The notes: generated by a model from the sequence alone, not told the origin. 64,000 bases of DNA from Candidatus Woesearchaeota archaeon (GCA_018302545.1 JAGVZM010000003.1:40058-104057), one strand, 5' to 3'; positions 28,846-38,756 are shown, numbered from the stretch's first letter. Numbers and translations: made by a program.

Positions 28846-28892
28846 ATACTATATTTTGTGTTTTACTTCAAATAAGACACAATATATTGTGT
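28846..28892 (+). promoter_or_regulatory. Two NrdR boxes. Box 2 ACACAATATATTGTGT (28877-28892) is a perfect palindrome. Box 1 is ATACTATATTTTGTGT (28846-28861). Centres are 31 bp apart.
   Basis: Match to the NrdR-box consensus acaCwAtATaTwGtgt. Lies in the divergent intergenic region just upstream of nrdR. Confidence 0.7.
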
Positions 28893-28909
28893 TTACTCTA
28901 GGGTAATAA

Positions 28910-29362
28910 ATGAAATGTATATTTTGTAACAACACAGAAACAAAAGTAGTTGATTCAAGAGAATCAGAAGATTTAACAAGAAGAAGAAGGGAATGTTTAA
29001 TCTGTCAAAAAAGGTTTACAACTTATGAAAGAGCAGAAGATCCGCAAGTATACATAATAAAGAAGGATAATAGAAGAGAATTATACAATAGGGGAAAACT
29101 AAAAGGGGGAATATTAAAAGCCTGTGAAAAAAGACCAATATCATTAGAAAAAATTGATATAGGTATAAACAAGATCGAGTCAAAACTAAGAACCTTAGAA
29201 AATAATGAAATACAAAGTAAGTTGCTTGGTGAAGAAGTAGCAAAAATGTTAAAACAACTTGATAAGGTAGCATACATAAGATTCGCATCTGTTTACAGAG
29301 AGTTTGAGGACATCGGAGACTTTAAAAAAGAAATTCAAATACTATCAAAAAGAAGGGGGTAA
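28910..29362 (+). CDS. nrdR: Transcriptional repressor NrdR (zinc ribbon plus ATP-cone)
   Basis: MKCIFCNNTETKVVDSRESEDLTRRRRECLICQKRFTTYE. Confidence 0.85.
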   Translation: MKCIFCNNTETKVVDSRESEDLTRRRRECLICQKRFTTYERAEDPQVYIIKKDNRRELYNRGKLKGGILKACEKRPISLEKIDIGINKIESKLRTLENNEIQSKLLGEEVAKMLKQLDKVAYIRFASVYREFEDIGDFKKEIQILSKRRG

Positions 29363-29367
29363 TGTAA

Positions 29368-31944
29368 ATGCAAAAAGAAGAAATAAAAAGAGGAGAAGAT
29401 TCTGTTTCTACATTTGAGGAGGGTTTGCAATCTATAGAGGAGTTAGCTACAAAAGGAACTAAAGTTCAGGTTACTGAAAATCAATTAAAGGTTATGCAGA
29501 ATAAATATTTAAGAGGAGATTCTGTTGAATTATGGTTAAGGAGAATAGCAAGAAACATTGCATTGCCAAATGTTTATTATTATTCTAAAGAATTTCAAAA
29601 AGAAATATTAAAAGGAGTAAAACATAAGATTACAATTTCAAATGATGAATATAAATCTGAATCTTTGCTCTTACAATTACCTGAGTTAACCAGAAATGAA
29701 AGAACCCAAAATTTCTATAAGTTTGAAGATAATATTATTAAGTTTGCACAAAAAAATAAAGAAGCAACCAAGATATTAAGATCTAAAGAAGAACAATTTT
29801 TCAAATTTTTATCTAGTTTTGATTTTTTACCAAACTCTCCATGTTTAATGAATGCTGGAAGAGATCTTCAAGGTTTACATGCATGTTATGTAATTCCTGT
29901 AGGAGACTCACTTGAAGAAATTTATTATGCTGTAACTACTATGGCTTTAATTCATCAATCTGGTGGAGGAACAGGCTTTGCATTCTCTAGATTAAGACCA
30001 GAAGGAGATAAAGTTAGATCTACTAAAGGAGTTTCATCTGGTCCTATGTCTTTCATAAAACTCTTTGATACCTCAACAGATGTTGTTCGTCAAGGAGGAA
30101 CTAGAAGAGGTGCAAATATGGGTATTTTACATTACAAACACCCAGATATTAGAAGTTTTATAACCTCAAAATCCAAAGACAAAGGTTTCTTACAGAACTT
30201 TAATATCTCTGTAGGAATAGATGAAGAATTTATTAAAGCAGTTGAAATTGGTGGAGAAATAGACTTAATTAATCCTAGGACTAATCAAGTAGTAAAAAGA
30301 GAAAAAGCAAGAGAGTTATGGGATTTAATGGCAAAATGTGCATGGGAAACAGGAGATCCTGGTTTTGTTGTTATAGATAGAATTAATAATACAAATTCAA
30401 ACCCAACACCAAAATTAGGTCCAGTAGAATCTACTAACCCGTGTGGAGAGCAACCCCTATTACCATGGGAGCCTTGTACTTTAGGTAGTATTAATCTATC
30501 TAATCATGTAACAGAAGAAAAAGGAAAGACAATTGTAGACTATCAAAAATTAGAATACACTTCAAAATTAGCAACAGAGTTTTTAGAGAATGTTGTTGAA
30601 ATGGGCAATTATCCTCTTCCAGAAATTGAAGTAATATCTAAAGGAAATAGACGTATAGGATTAGGAGTTATGGGTTGGGCAGAAATGTTAGTCAAATTAG
30701 AAATCCCCTATGACTCAGAGGAAGCAATAACATTAGCAGAGGAAGTAATGGCATTTATAAATGCTAAAGCTCTAGAAGCTTCTCAAGAACTATCAGAGCT
30801 AAGGGGAGTATTCCCCAATTACAAAGACTCTATCTACGACAAGAAAGGAACCTATTTTAGAGGTCAAGATATAAAAGTAAGAAATTGTGCAACAATAGCT
30901 CCAACAGGCACTATAGCAATAACTGCAGGTCTACAAGGCTCCGGTATTGAACCTTTCTTTGCAATTGCTTACAAAAGATATCAAGCAGAAGCGGTAGATG
31001 CCTTAAAGTTAGGTAAAGAACCAGATTCAAAATATGTTTATTTTGAAGTCATACCTGCCTTTTTGGAAGTAGCAGAAAAACACAATTGGTTCGGAGCAGA
31101 TAAAAATACTTTGCTTAAAAAAATATCAGATAATCACTCTTCTGTAAAAGGAGTTAAAGAAATTCCAGAACATATACAAAAAGTATTTGTGTCTTCTCAT
31201 GACATTCATTGGAAAACACATATAGACCATCAAGCAGCATATCAAAGAAATGTTGATAATGCAGTTTCAAAAACGATTAACATGACTAATTCAGTAACTA
31301 TAGAGGACATACAATCAGCTTACTTATATGCATATAAGTCTGGATTAAAAGGAGTGACTGTTTATAGAGATGGATGTAAAGAAGTACAAGTATTGAATTT
31401 AGCCCAAGACAAAAAAAAACAAGAACAAAAGCAAATACAAAAACAAAAAATAGAAAAAAAAGAAATTGATTATACAAAAGGCGCATCATCTGATTACTAT
31501 GAAATTGAGACAGGTTACGGAACTTTACATGTTAATATAGTTCATGACTCAGATGGTCCTTCAAAAATATTTGCTTCCATACCTCCATTAGGTACAGAGT
31601 TAAGTAATTTGACATGTGTTTTAGGAATATTTATGACTAAAGCATTTGAAGCTGGTTATGATCCTAGAAAAGCAATCAAACACTTAAATTCTGCAAAAGG
31701 AGATAAACCCATTGGATTTGGTGCAAATAGAATTGACTCAATACCTCATGCAATTGCTGTAGCTCTAAAAAGACATTTAGAGAAAACAGGTAAAGTAGGA
31801 GATCAAGAACAAAAAAGATTAACAGAGATGGACATTGGTGTTAAACAAGAACATTGTCCAAAATGTTATTCACCAAATGTAGAATATGTATCTGGTTGTT
31901 CATCTCCAACATGTATAGATTGTGGACATTCAGAATGTAGTTAA
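29368..31944 (+). CDS. nrdJ: Class II (adenosylcobalamin-dependent) ribonucleotide reductase with C-terminal zinc ribbon
   Basis: Active-site NPCGEQPL. C-terminal CPKC...CIDCGHSEC. K/Q-rich low-complexity linker. Confidence 0.85.
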   Translation: MQKEEIKRGEDSVSTFEEGLQSIEELATKGTKVQVTENQLKVMQNKYLRGDSVELWLRRIARNIALPNVYYYSKEFQKEILKGVKHKITISNDEYKSESLLLQLPELTRNERTQNFYKFEDNIIKFAQKNKEATKILRSKEEQFFKFLSSFDFLPNSPCLMNAGRDLQGLHACYVIPVGDSLEEIYYAVTTMALIHQSGGGTGFAFSRLRPEGDKVRSTKGVSSGPMSFIKLFDTSTDVVRQGGTRRGANMGILHYKHPDIRSFITSKSKDKGFLQNFNISVGIDEEFIKAVEIGGEIDLINPRTNQVVKREKARELWDLMAKCAWETGDPGFVVIDRINNTNSNPTPKLGPVESTNPCGEQPLLPWEPCTLGSINLSNHVTEEKGKTIVDYQKLEYTSKLATEFLENVVEMGNYPLPEIEVISKGNRRIGLGVMGWAEMLVKLEIPYDSEEAITLAEEVMAFINAKALEASQELSELRGVFPNYKDSIYDKKGTYFRGQDIKVRNCATIAPTGTIAITAGLQGSGIEPFFAIAYKRYQAEAVDALKLGKEPDSKYVYFEVIPAFLEVAEKHNWFGADKNTLLKKISDNHSSVKGVKEIPEHIQKVFVSSHDIHWKTHIDHQAAYQRNVDNAVSKTINMTNSVTIEDIQSAYLYAYKSGLKGVTVYRDGCKEVQVLNLAQDKKKQEQKQIQKQKIEKKEIDYTKGASSDYYEIETGYGTLHVNIVHDSDGPSKIFASIPPLGTELSNLTCVLGIFMTKAFEAGYDPRKAIKHLNSAKGDKPIGFGANRIDSIPHAIAVALKRHLEKTGKVGDQEQKRLTEMDIGVKQEHCPKCYSPNVEYVSGCSSPTCIDCGHSECS

Positions 31945-31998
31945 ACATATATTTTATTTTTCCATTATTTTTTTAAAGTTTTATTTATTTTATTTTTC

Positions 31999-32718
31999 AT
32001 GAAATCAAATATAACTAGAAGGTTGATAGTATCAGATTTAGACGAGATATTCTTTCCAATAAGACAAGTTTATGTAAATGCAATAAACATGAGATTTGGT
32101 CTTAGTTTAGATTCATCTAGTTATAATTGTTATGGGGTAATGGCTTGGTTAGCTTCTCATCATCCAGAAGTTTTTGCTGAAATTGAAAGAAGAGGAGGAA
32201 AACTTGAACATTTTAAGTGGTTAAGCGTAAATACTAATTTATTACAAGATACTCCTCCAATTCCAGGAACAGCAGAATATGCAGGAGAACTTAAAGATAG
32301 AAAAATATCACTAGGAATTGCAACCCATAGAGCATCTCCAAAAGATCCCCATTATTATTATCAAGATGGTCCAAAAATAACAAGAGAATGGTTAGTAAGA
32401 TTTGGAATACCCTTTGATTTTATAGAATTTACAGGAGAAAAAGCAGCTGCAATAGCAAAAATAGAAGGAGAAGCAGGCTGTTCTGCAGAAGTATATGTTG
32501 AAGACCATCCAGCAAATATAATTGAAACTCTTGAAGCAGGTTACAGAGTAGCATTTCCAGATAAAACTTATAATCAAGCAGATTTAATTTCAGAAGATGC
32601 AGATCCTATAAGTTATGGTAATGGTAGGTTTACTCAAGAAAAATGGACAAACACTTTAAGGTCTCCTAGAGTTCATAGAATAAAGCATTTAAGAGATATA
32701 TCTGATTTAGTTGCATAA
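31999..32718 (+). CDS. HAD-like hydrolase, possible 5'(3')-deoxyribonucleotidase
   Basis: IVSDLDEIF resembles the HAD motif I DxDG. Sits within the nucleotide cluster. GC-richer. Confidence 0.3.
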   Translation: MKSNITRRLIVSDLDEIFFPIRQVYVNAINMRFGLSLDSSSYNCYGVMAWLASHHPEVFAEIERRGGKLEHFKWLSVNTNLLQDTPPIPGTAEYAGELKDRKISLGIATHRASPKDPHYYYQDGPKITREWLVRFGIPFDFIEFTGEKAAAIAKIEGEAGCSAEVYVEDHPANIIETLEAGYRVAFPDKTYNQADLISEDADPISYGNGRFTQEKWTNTLRSPRVHRIKHLRDISDLVA

Positions 32719-32776
32719 ATTTATTACTATTCCATCCTCAATAACTTTAATAAATAAAATAAAAACCACTTAAAAA

Positions 32777-33085
32777 ATGCTAGAATTAAACAAGATAAAT
32801 TACAAAGAAGTAATATCTAAAGGAAAAGTAGTAGTTGACTATTGGGCCCCCTGGTGCGGCCCCTGCAGGGCAATGGCTCCTATATTTGAAGAACTAAGCA
32901 AAGAATTCAAAAAAGTCAAATTCACAAAATTAAATGTAGATGAAAATCAAGAAATTGCTTCTAAGTTAGGGATTCAGGGTATACCCACTTTAATTTTGTT
33001 TAAAGAGGGGAAGGAAATAAAAAGAAGAACAGGTTTACTCTCTAAATCAGCTTTAAAAGAACTTTTAGAAGACAATTTTTCTTAA
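32777..33085 (+). CDS. trxA: Thioredoxin
   Basis: WCGPC active site, about 102 aa. Confidence 0.85.
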   Translation: MLELNKINYKEVISKGKVVVDYWAPWCGPCRAMAPIFEELSKEFKKVKFTKLNVDENQEIASKLGIQGIPTLILFKEGKEIKRRTGLLSKSALKELLEDNFS

Positions 33086-33179
33086 TTATTATTACTATTA
33101 ATCGATAGTAACAAATAGTAAGGTTTATATATAAATATATACGAAATCTTTTAAACTTATATTTGTAAACAATTATAAA

Positions 33180-34871
33180 ATGGGAAAACATCTTAAATTA
33201 TCAAGAAAACAAAAAGTGTTTGCTGGAGTTTCAGGAGCTGTTGGACTAGGTTTAACAGGGATATTAGCCACTTGTTCTCCAGATGAAAGAATCCCAGAAG
33301 AAACAAAAAAATTTCAAATATCAGAATTTGCAACAGAGTTTGAACCCTTGAGAATTAGAGGAGATGGAAGACAAGTTTTCAGAACTAAAGTAAAACCTGG
33401 AGATGGAGCTTCCCATGTTGCTAAACGTTTTAATTATCTAGATAAAGAACAAGGAGATTTATATGAAGATATTTCTTGGCGAAAAGGCATTGTTAATAAT
33501 CAAGGCGCAGAAATAAGAAGATTTAAAGAAGGAGACGATGCTTATGTTGTCGCTTATAAAAATGAGGTAAGACAAGAATCAACTCCAAAAAGAAGACAAG
33601 AGCCTCCAATAGTAGAAGAAAAAAAACCTTCTCAAGAACCTAAAAAAACAGAACCAAAAAAACCTCAACAACCAAGACAACAACCTATTGTAGAAGAAGG
33701 AAAAATAAAGATTGTAGAGGCTAGAGGAAAATCAGAACCTTATGCAATTCTAATTAATAATGATGGTAGAGAATCAAGGCACTACACAGATAATCCAAAT
33801 AATGCATTTAATGCTTTAAGAAGATTAGGTGTTCCTGCTTGTAATATTTATTTTGTAACAGATCATAATAGAAATGCTTCATGTAAAGATCCTAGTCTAA
33901 ATTTAAGTTTCATAGGAACATCAGGAGGAGTTAGAGATGCTTTTGAGGATTTAGCAACAAGAATTGATTCTAATGATAGATTATTTATTTATATAACAGG
34001 TCATGGCGCAGAAAATGGATTTTTTAGTTTTACAAGAAATAATTCAATTTTAACTTATAATGATATTAGAGGCTATTCAGATGCACTTTCTCCAGAAGTA
34101 ACTATAGCAATGTCTGATCTTTGTTTTGGTGGCGAGATAACAGAAGCATTCAGAGATAGTAAAAGAAAAACTCTAGCATTTTCAAATAATCCAAACTCAA
34201 GGGAAGGAGTATGCAACCTATTTTCACCAGACTTTTTCAATATGCTAAGATATAATATGGCAGATATTGATGGTGATGGTTTAACCTCAATAAAAGAAGG
34301 ATATCTAGTTGCAAAATTAGGATATGAATATGCTCTTGAAAGAGACAGACATTTAACTAGTCATGAGAAAGAAGAAGTTCTAGACGGAGCCATAGAGTAT
34401 GTTACTAAGCAAGGTGGCTTAAGAAATCTAACTTTACCTATTGTCGCAACTGGAGGAATTCAGGATGCAACTTTAGATGGAAGATTGCTTGTTCCAGGTC
34501 AAATAAATCAAAGAACTGTAGAAGGAAGAGTAATTGAATTAAACGCATCTAATTATGAATCAGGGGTAATAGGTTCTAGGATTCCAGTAGTCGTCGATCT
34601 TTATACTAAATGGTGCCCAAATTGTCCAAGAGTAGAGAGACAAATGAAACAATTAGCTCCTTCATATGCAGGCAGAGTTAAATTTATAATGTTTGATGTA
34701 GATCAACCTGGTGCTATTAGTGAAGTAAGAAAATATAGCCCAGAATATGATGGTGCCATTCCAACAGTGTTATTTGTTAATAATGGGAACATTGTAAGGA
34801 CTTTACGTGGTGGTGCTCCAGATGCAAGATCGTTAAGCAAAGAAATAGGTTATGCTTTTTCTAGAAGATAA
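33180..34871 (+). CDS. Lipoprotein-like clan-CD cysteine peptidase (legumain/C13-like) fused to a C-terminal thioredoxin-fold domain
   Basis: Lipobox-like LATC. P/K-rich linker. FIYITGHGAENG (His) and DLCFGGE (Cys) dyad. DIDGDGLTS calcium-loop-like. WCPNCP CxxC. Confidence 0.5.
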   Translation: MGKHLKLSRKQKVFAGVSGAVGLGLTGILATCSPDERIPEETKKFQISEFATEFEPLRIRGDGRQVFRTKVKPGDGASHVAKRFNYLDKEQGDLYEDISWRKGIVNNQGAEIRRFKEGDDAYVVAYKNEVRQESTPKRRQEPPIVEEKKPSQEPKKTEPKKPQQPRQQPIVEEGKIKIVEARGKSEPYAILINNDGRESRHYTDNPNNAFNALRRLGVPACNIYFVTDHNRNASCKDPSLNLSFIGTSGGVRDAFEDLATRIDSNDRLFIYITGHGAENGFFSFTRNNSILTYNDIRGYSDALSPEVTIAMSDLCFGGEITEAFRDSKRKTLAFSNNPNSREGVCNLFSPDFFNMLRYNMADIDGDGLTSIKEGYLVAKLGYEYALERDRHLTSHEKEEVLDGAIEYVTKQGGLRNLTLPIVATGGIQDATLDGRLLVPGQINQRTVEGRVIELNASNYESGVIGSRIPVVVDLYTKWCPNCPRVERQMKQLAPSYAGRVKFIMFDVDQPGAISEVRKYSPEYDGAIPTVLFVNNGNIVRTLRGGAPDARSLSKEIGYAFSRR

Positions 34872-34901
34872 TTTTATTAAGATTTCTAGAATCCAATTAT
34901 T

Positions 34902-35675
34902 ATGTATTTAGTAGCAATAGGAGAAATATTCCTAAAAGGAAAAAACAGAGTAATTTTTGAAAGAAGATTAATTAGAAATATAAGAAAAACTCTAAACTTA
35001 GAAGAAAACGAATTATTAAAATTTAGAAATAGGTACATAATTAAAAAAGAAAACATTGAAAAATTAAAGAGGGTTTTCGGAATAATATTTTATGTAAAAG
35101 TTAAAGAATCTAAAAAAGAGGGGATTAAACAAACAGCATTATCTTTAATAAATAATGAAAATACTTTTAGAATTACAGCAAAAAAATCTCAAACATTAAA
35201 TAAGTCTTCTACAGAGATTAATGAAGAAATAGGTGAATATATTTTAGAAAAAAATCCAGGAATAAAAGTAAAACTAGATAATGCAGAGATAAACATAAAA
35301 ATAGAAGAATTAAGAAATAATTTTTATATTTACAAAGAAAAAGATATTGTTAGATGCTTAGGAGGATTACCAATAGGAACTGGAGGATTTGTACATATAA
35401 ATGTTAAGGATGATATGAAGTCAACAATAACCGCTTTTTTGTTATTAAAGAAAGGGTGCATAATATCTCTGTCTAAAGATTTACCATTAATTAATAAATT
35501 TACAGATTCATTTAATCTAAGGGTCAGACAAGAAAAAGATACAGACATCATAGCAATAGATGAAGACTTAAAGGATATAGAAATAAAAAGAGAAAATAAA
35601 CTGATTCTAAGACCTTTAATAGGTTATTCAGAGAAAGAGATAAAAGACTTATATTCCTTAGTAATCTCCTTGTGA
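34902..35675 (+). CDS. THUMP-domain protein, ThiI N-terminal-like. PP-loop is degenerate or absent.
   Basis: N-terminus GEIFLKGKNRVIFERRLIRNIRKTL resembles the ThiI start. Only 257 aa. Confidence 0.3.
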   Translation: MYLVAIGEIFLKGKNRVIFERRLIRNIRKTLNLEENELLKFRNRYIIKKENIEKLKRVFGIIFYVKVKESKKEGIKQTALSLINNENTFRITAKKSQTLNKSSTEINEEIGEYILEKNPGIKVKLDNAEINIKIEELRNNFYIYKEKDIVRCLGGLPIGTGGFVHINVKDDMKSTITAFLLLKKGCIISLSKDLPLINKFTDSFNLRVRQEKDTDIIAIDEDLKDIEIKRENKLILRPLIGYSEKEIKDLYSLVISL

Positions 35676-35709
35676 AAAACTATATAAACGCCTTAATTAA
35701 ATTTTAATC

Positions 35710-36330
35710 ATGAATCGTACAATAAAATTGTTGATGTTTTCTGATGTTTTCGTTTCTACAGGTTTTGGTTTAATAGAACCCATATTAGCAATCTTTATAA
35801 AAGAAAATTTAATAGGAGGAACTATATTTGCAGCAGGTATGGCAAGCACAATATTCTTTTTAACTAAATGTATTATTCAACTCCCGTTCTCAAAATATGT
35901 AGATAAGCACGATCATAAAATAAGATATTTACTAATAGGCTCATTATTAATAGCTTTAGTGCCATTTCTCTACGCTTTTGCTAAGCATATAAACACAATA
36001 TACCTAGCACAATTTGTTTATGGTATTGGAGCAGGCTTAGCATATCCAGCATGGCTTGGATTATGGAGCACAAATTTAGATAAGCATAATGAAAGTTTTG
36101 AGTGGAGCATGTATTCAACCTTTGTGGGAGTAGGTATAGCTGCAACTGCTGCAATAGGTGCAGGATTAGCACAATTTATAGGATATCATGCAACTTTCTT
36201 TATAGTTGGTTTTATGTCCTTAATAGGATGCGCAATAATATTCTTCCTTGATAAAAAACAAGAAAAATTAAAGAAAACACCAATACATCACTATCATAAA
36301 AAAAGAAAATTAGTAAAAAATCATAGATAA
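35710..36330 (+). CDS. Six-TM membrane protein resembling the C-terminal half of an MFS transporter
   Basis: Six predicted TM helices and a basic C-terminal tail. Confidence 0.4.
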   Translation: MNRTIKLLMFSDVFVSTGFGLIEPILAIFIKENLIGGTIFAAGMASTIFFLTKCIIQLPFSKYVDKHDHKIRYLLIGSLLIALVPFLYAFAKHINTIYLAQFVYGIGAGLAYPAWLGLWSTNLDKHNESFEWSMYSTFVGVGIAATAAIGAGLAQFIGYHATFFIVGFMSLIGCAIIFFLDKKQEKLKKTPIHHYHKKRKLVKNHR

Positions 36331-36338
36331 AATAATAT

Positions 36339-37223
36339 TTACATATTCTCCAATTTTTGAATTCTAGAATTTATATCAGGATGAGTACTAAAGAAATCTG
36401 TTTTCTTAAATGGATTACTAATAAATAAATGAGAAGTTGCCTTACTAGCGCCCCTTAACGCCGGCCCCTTATAATCTCTAAGTTTTTTTAAGGCGTTAGC
36501 TAATCCATTTGGATTTCTAGTTAATTTAGCACCAGAAGCATCTGCCAAAAACTCTCTTTTTCTAGATATTGCCAATTTAATTAATTCAGCAATCAAAGGA
36601 GCCAAAACTGCTAAAATTATACCTATAACTAAGACAACTGCATTACCTCCATCCCTATCATTCCTTCCACCACCAAACAAACTACCATAAAATACAAAAT
36701 CACTAATAATTACAGCCATACCAACCATAACACCCACAATCATCATATATCTTATATCATAATTTTTAATATGACTTAATTCATGTGCAATTACTCCCTC
36801 TAATTCTTCTCTATTCATAAGATTCAATAATCCAGTAGTAACAGCAACATGTGAATTTTCAGGATTTCTTCCAGTTGCAAAAGCATTTGGATTTTCATCA
36901 TTAATAACCCATACTTTAGGTTTAGGAATTCCAGCAGCAATAGCCAGTCCTTCTACTGTATTTATCAAGTAAGTATATTGGGGTTTCTTAGCTTCTACCG
37001 CCCTTGAAACTTTTAAAACAATTGAATCCCCATTAAAATAACTAAACATAATCAAAACAAAAGAAATAAAGAAAGCTAAAATCAATCCAAGTAAAGCATT
37101 ATTAAAAAATATTATACCAACCACATATCCTATAAATAACAGGAGTATCGAAAATAAAATTATTAAAAGAGTAGTCTTTAATTTATTACTCCTTATTTCA
37201 TCATAAAAACTTGTTTTATTCAT
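36339..37223 (-). CDS. htpX: HtpX-like M48 zinc metalloprotease
   Basis: HELSHIKNYD (HExxH) and TM segments. Confidence 0.8.
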   Translation of the reverse strand: MNKTSFYDEIRSNKLKTTLLIILFSILLLFIGYVVGIIFFNNALLGLILAFFISFVLIMFSYFNGDSIVLKVSRAVEAKKPQYTYLINTVEGLAIAAGIPKPKVWVINDENPNAFATGRNPENSHVAVTTGLLNLMNREELEGVIAHELSHIKNYDIRYMMIVGVMVGMAVIISDFVFYGSLFGGGRNDRDGGNAVVLVIGIILAVLAPLIAELIKLAISRKREFLADASGAKLTRNPNGLANALKKLRDYKGPALRGASKATSHLFISNPFKKTDFFSTHPDINSRIQKLENM

Positions 37224-37254
37224 AATAATAAAATAAGAAAAGACTATAAAAAGA

Positions 37255-37830
37255 TTATGAATTTATATTTAATTTCCAAGCTTGCTTATTAAATTTAATT
37301 ATTAACTCCAGAACTTCTTCCACATCTCTTCCAATTATAACTTGCCCATGATTTTTAATATTAATTATTGGAGATTTCTTAAGTAAATACAAAATTTCTT
37401 CACTTTCTTTTTTACTTGCGCCAATTATGCAATTATTAGTACAAGGAATTCTCAATTTATCTCCAAATTTTAAAACTAATAAATCATGTATATGAACTAC
37501 AACATTAATATTTGAAAAAGTACTATAAACTGATTTATGAATAAATAATTCTCTGGAAGGTTTTTTATTGGATTTAATATTAATAATAGAATTCTTAATA
37601 TTTGGTACAAAAACTATTGAATCTGAATCTATATTTCTCTTATCTACCCCACTAGCAGTAATAAAAAATCCATCCTTAAATCTAAGACTAAAGTTACCGC
37701 TACTTCTAAGATTTCCAGATTCTTCTACTATTGGGAGTAAACCTAAAAAACTAAGTTCTCTACCTAAATTTTTCATAACTTTTAATTTGTTAGATTCTCT
37801 TTGCAATTGTTTTTGAATAACATGATTCAT
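37255..37830 (-). CDS. Class II aldolase/adducin-family protein
   Basis: FITASGVDK and VVHIHD metal-binding motif. Confidence 0.5.
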   Translation of the reverse strand: MNHVIQKQLQRESNKLKVMKNLGRELSFLGLLPIVEESGNLRSSGNFSLRFKDGFFITASGVDKRNIDSDSIVFVPNIKNSIINIKSNKKPSRELFIHKSVYSTFSNINVVVHIHDLLVLKFGDKLRIPCTNNCIIGASKKESEEILYLLKKSPIINIKNHGQVIIGRDVEEVLELIIKFNKQAWKLNINS

Positions 37831-38696
37831 TTTTTAACCTCTAAAATATGCAATGTATGGTATTCAGGAACAACTTTTTGATCAAAACCCAATTCAACCA
37901 TTTTATTTTCAATAGCCTTATGTTCAGCAAAAAATTTCTTCCAAGATTGAGGAGTTTGAAAATTAAATGGAACATTAACTTTATTTTCTTCAAATTCACT
38001 AAAATGAATAACCCTATTGTAAAAATGATCAAAAAAAATATTTACTAATCTTTGTTGTTCTTCATTTAAATTGTCATATTTATCAACACCATAAACTGAT
38101 TCTATTACAATGATCTTTCCACTATTTTTTGTAACTCTAACTGCCTCTTTTATAACTTCAACAGGATTATCGCTGTGATGTAAAACGGTTAATAATAAAG
38201 TTGTATCAAACATATTATCATAAAATGGAATTTTTCCTTTTTGATTTATCAAAACAAAAGGCAATTCTAAATTCGAGATGTTCCCATTTCTATAAACATC
38301 TGCTAATATTACTTGTCTACTATTAGATTTAGCAATTAATTCTCCTACTTTACCATCTCCACAACCAAGATCTAAAATTTGATGACCTTGAATAAAATTT
38401 TTTATTTGATTAAATATTAAATTCGCCCTATTTCCTAATTTAACTGGAATTCCCTGAGTAATTCTTTTTTGATCAAATAATTGATGTACTTTTCTTTCAT
38501 AATTTTCTAATTTATCATAACTTTTAGCTTCTTTAATTGCAAATTCAACTACAGATTCAGAATCTTCAATTTCTAGATAATTTAAAACAGAAATTAAAGT
38601 TTTTCTAATATAATTTTCTATCTCAAAATCTTTGAATAATTTTTTTATTTCCGGGATATTTTTCCCAAATGAATTTTTTGTCATTTTTACCTCCAA
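37827..38696 (-). CDS. Class I SAM-dependent methyltransferase
   Basis: ILDLGCGDGKVG motif I. Confidence 0.7.
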   Translation of the reverse strand: MEVKMTKNSFGKNIPEIKKLFKDFEIENYIRKTLISVLNYLEIEDSESVVEFAIKEAKSYDKLENYERKVHQLFDQKRITQGIPVKLGNRANLIFNQIKNFIQGHQILDLGCGDGKVGELIAKSNSRQVILADVYRNGNISNLELPFVLINQKGKIPFYDNMFDTTLLLTVLHHSDNPVEVIKEAVRVTKNSGKIIVIESVYGVDKYDNLNEEQQRLVNIFFDHFYNRVIHFSEFEENKVNVPFNFQTPQSWKKFFAEHKAIENKMVELGFDQKVVPEYHTLHILEVKK

Positions 38697-38756
38697 TAAT
38701 ACTACTAATAGATAGTAAAATAAATATATAAATCTTATTTCCCCTCTAGGGAGGTA

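Noticed and set aside
31380-31480. A/AAG-rich tract that could be mistaken for a repeat or CRISPR-like array
   Set aside because: It encodes a K/Q/E-rich low-complexity linker inside the RNR gene. There are no regularly spaced direct repeats anywhere in the window.
15568-33085. Interpretation of the nucleotide-metabolism/PolB region as an integrated virus or jumbo-phage-like provirus
   Set aside because: No capsid, portal, terminase, integrase or tail genes were seen. Essential cellular genes (ABCE1, trx) are interspersed. No boundary repeats were seen.
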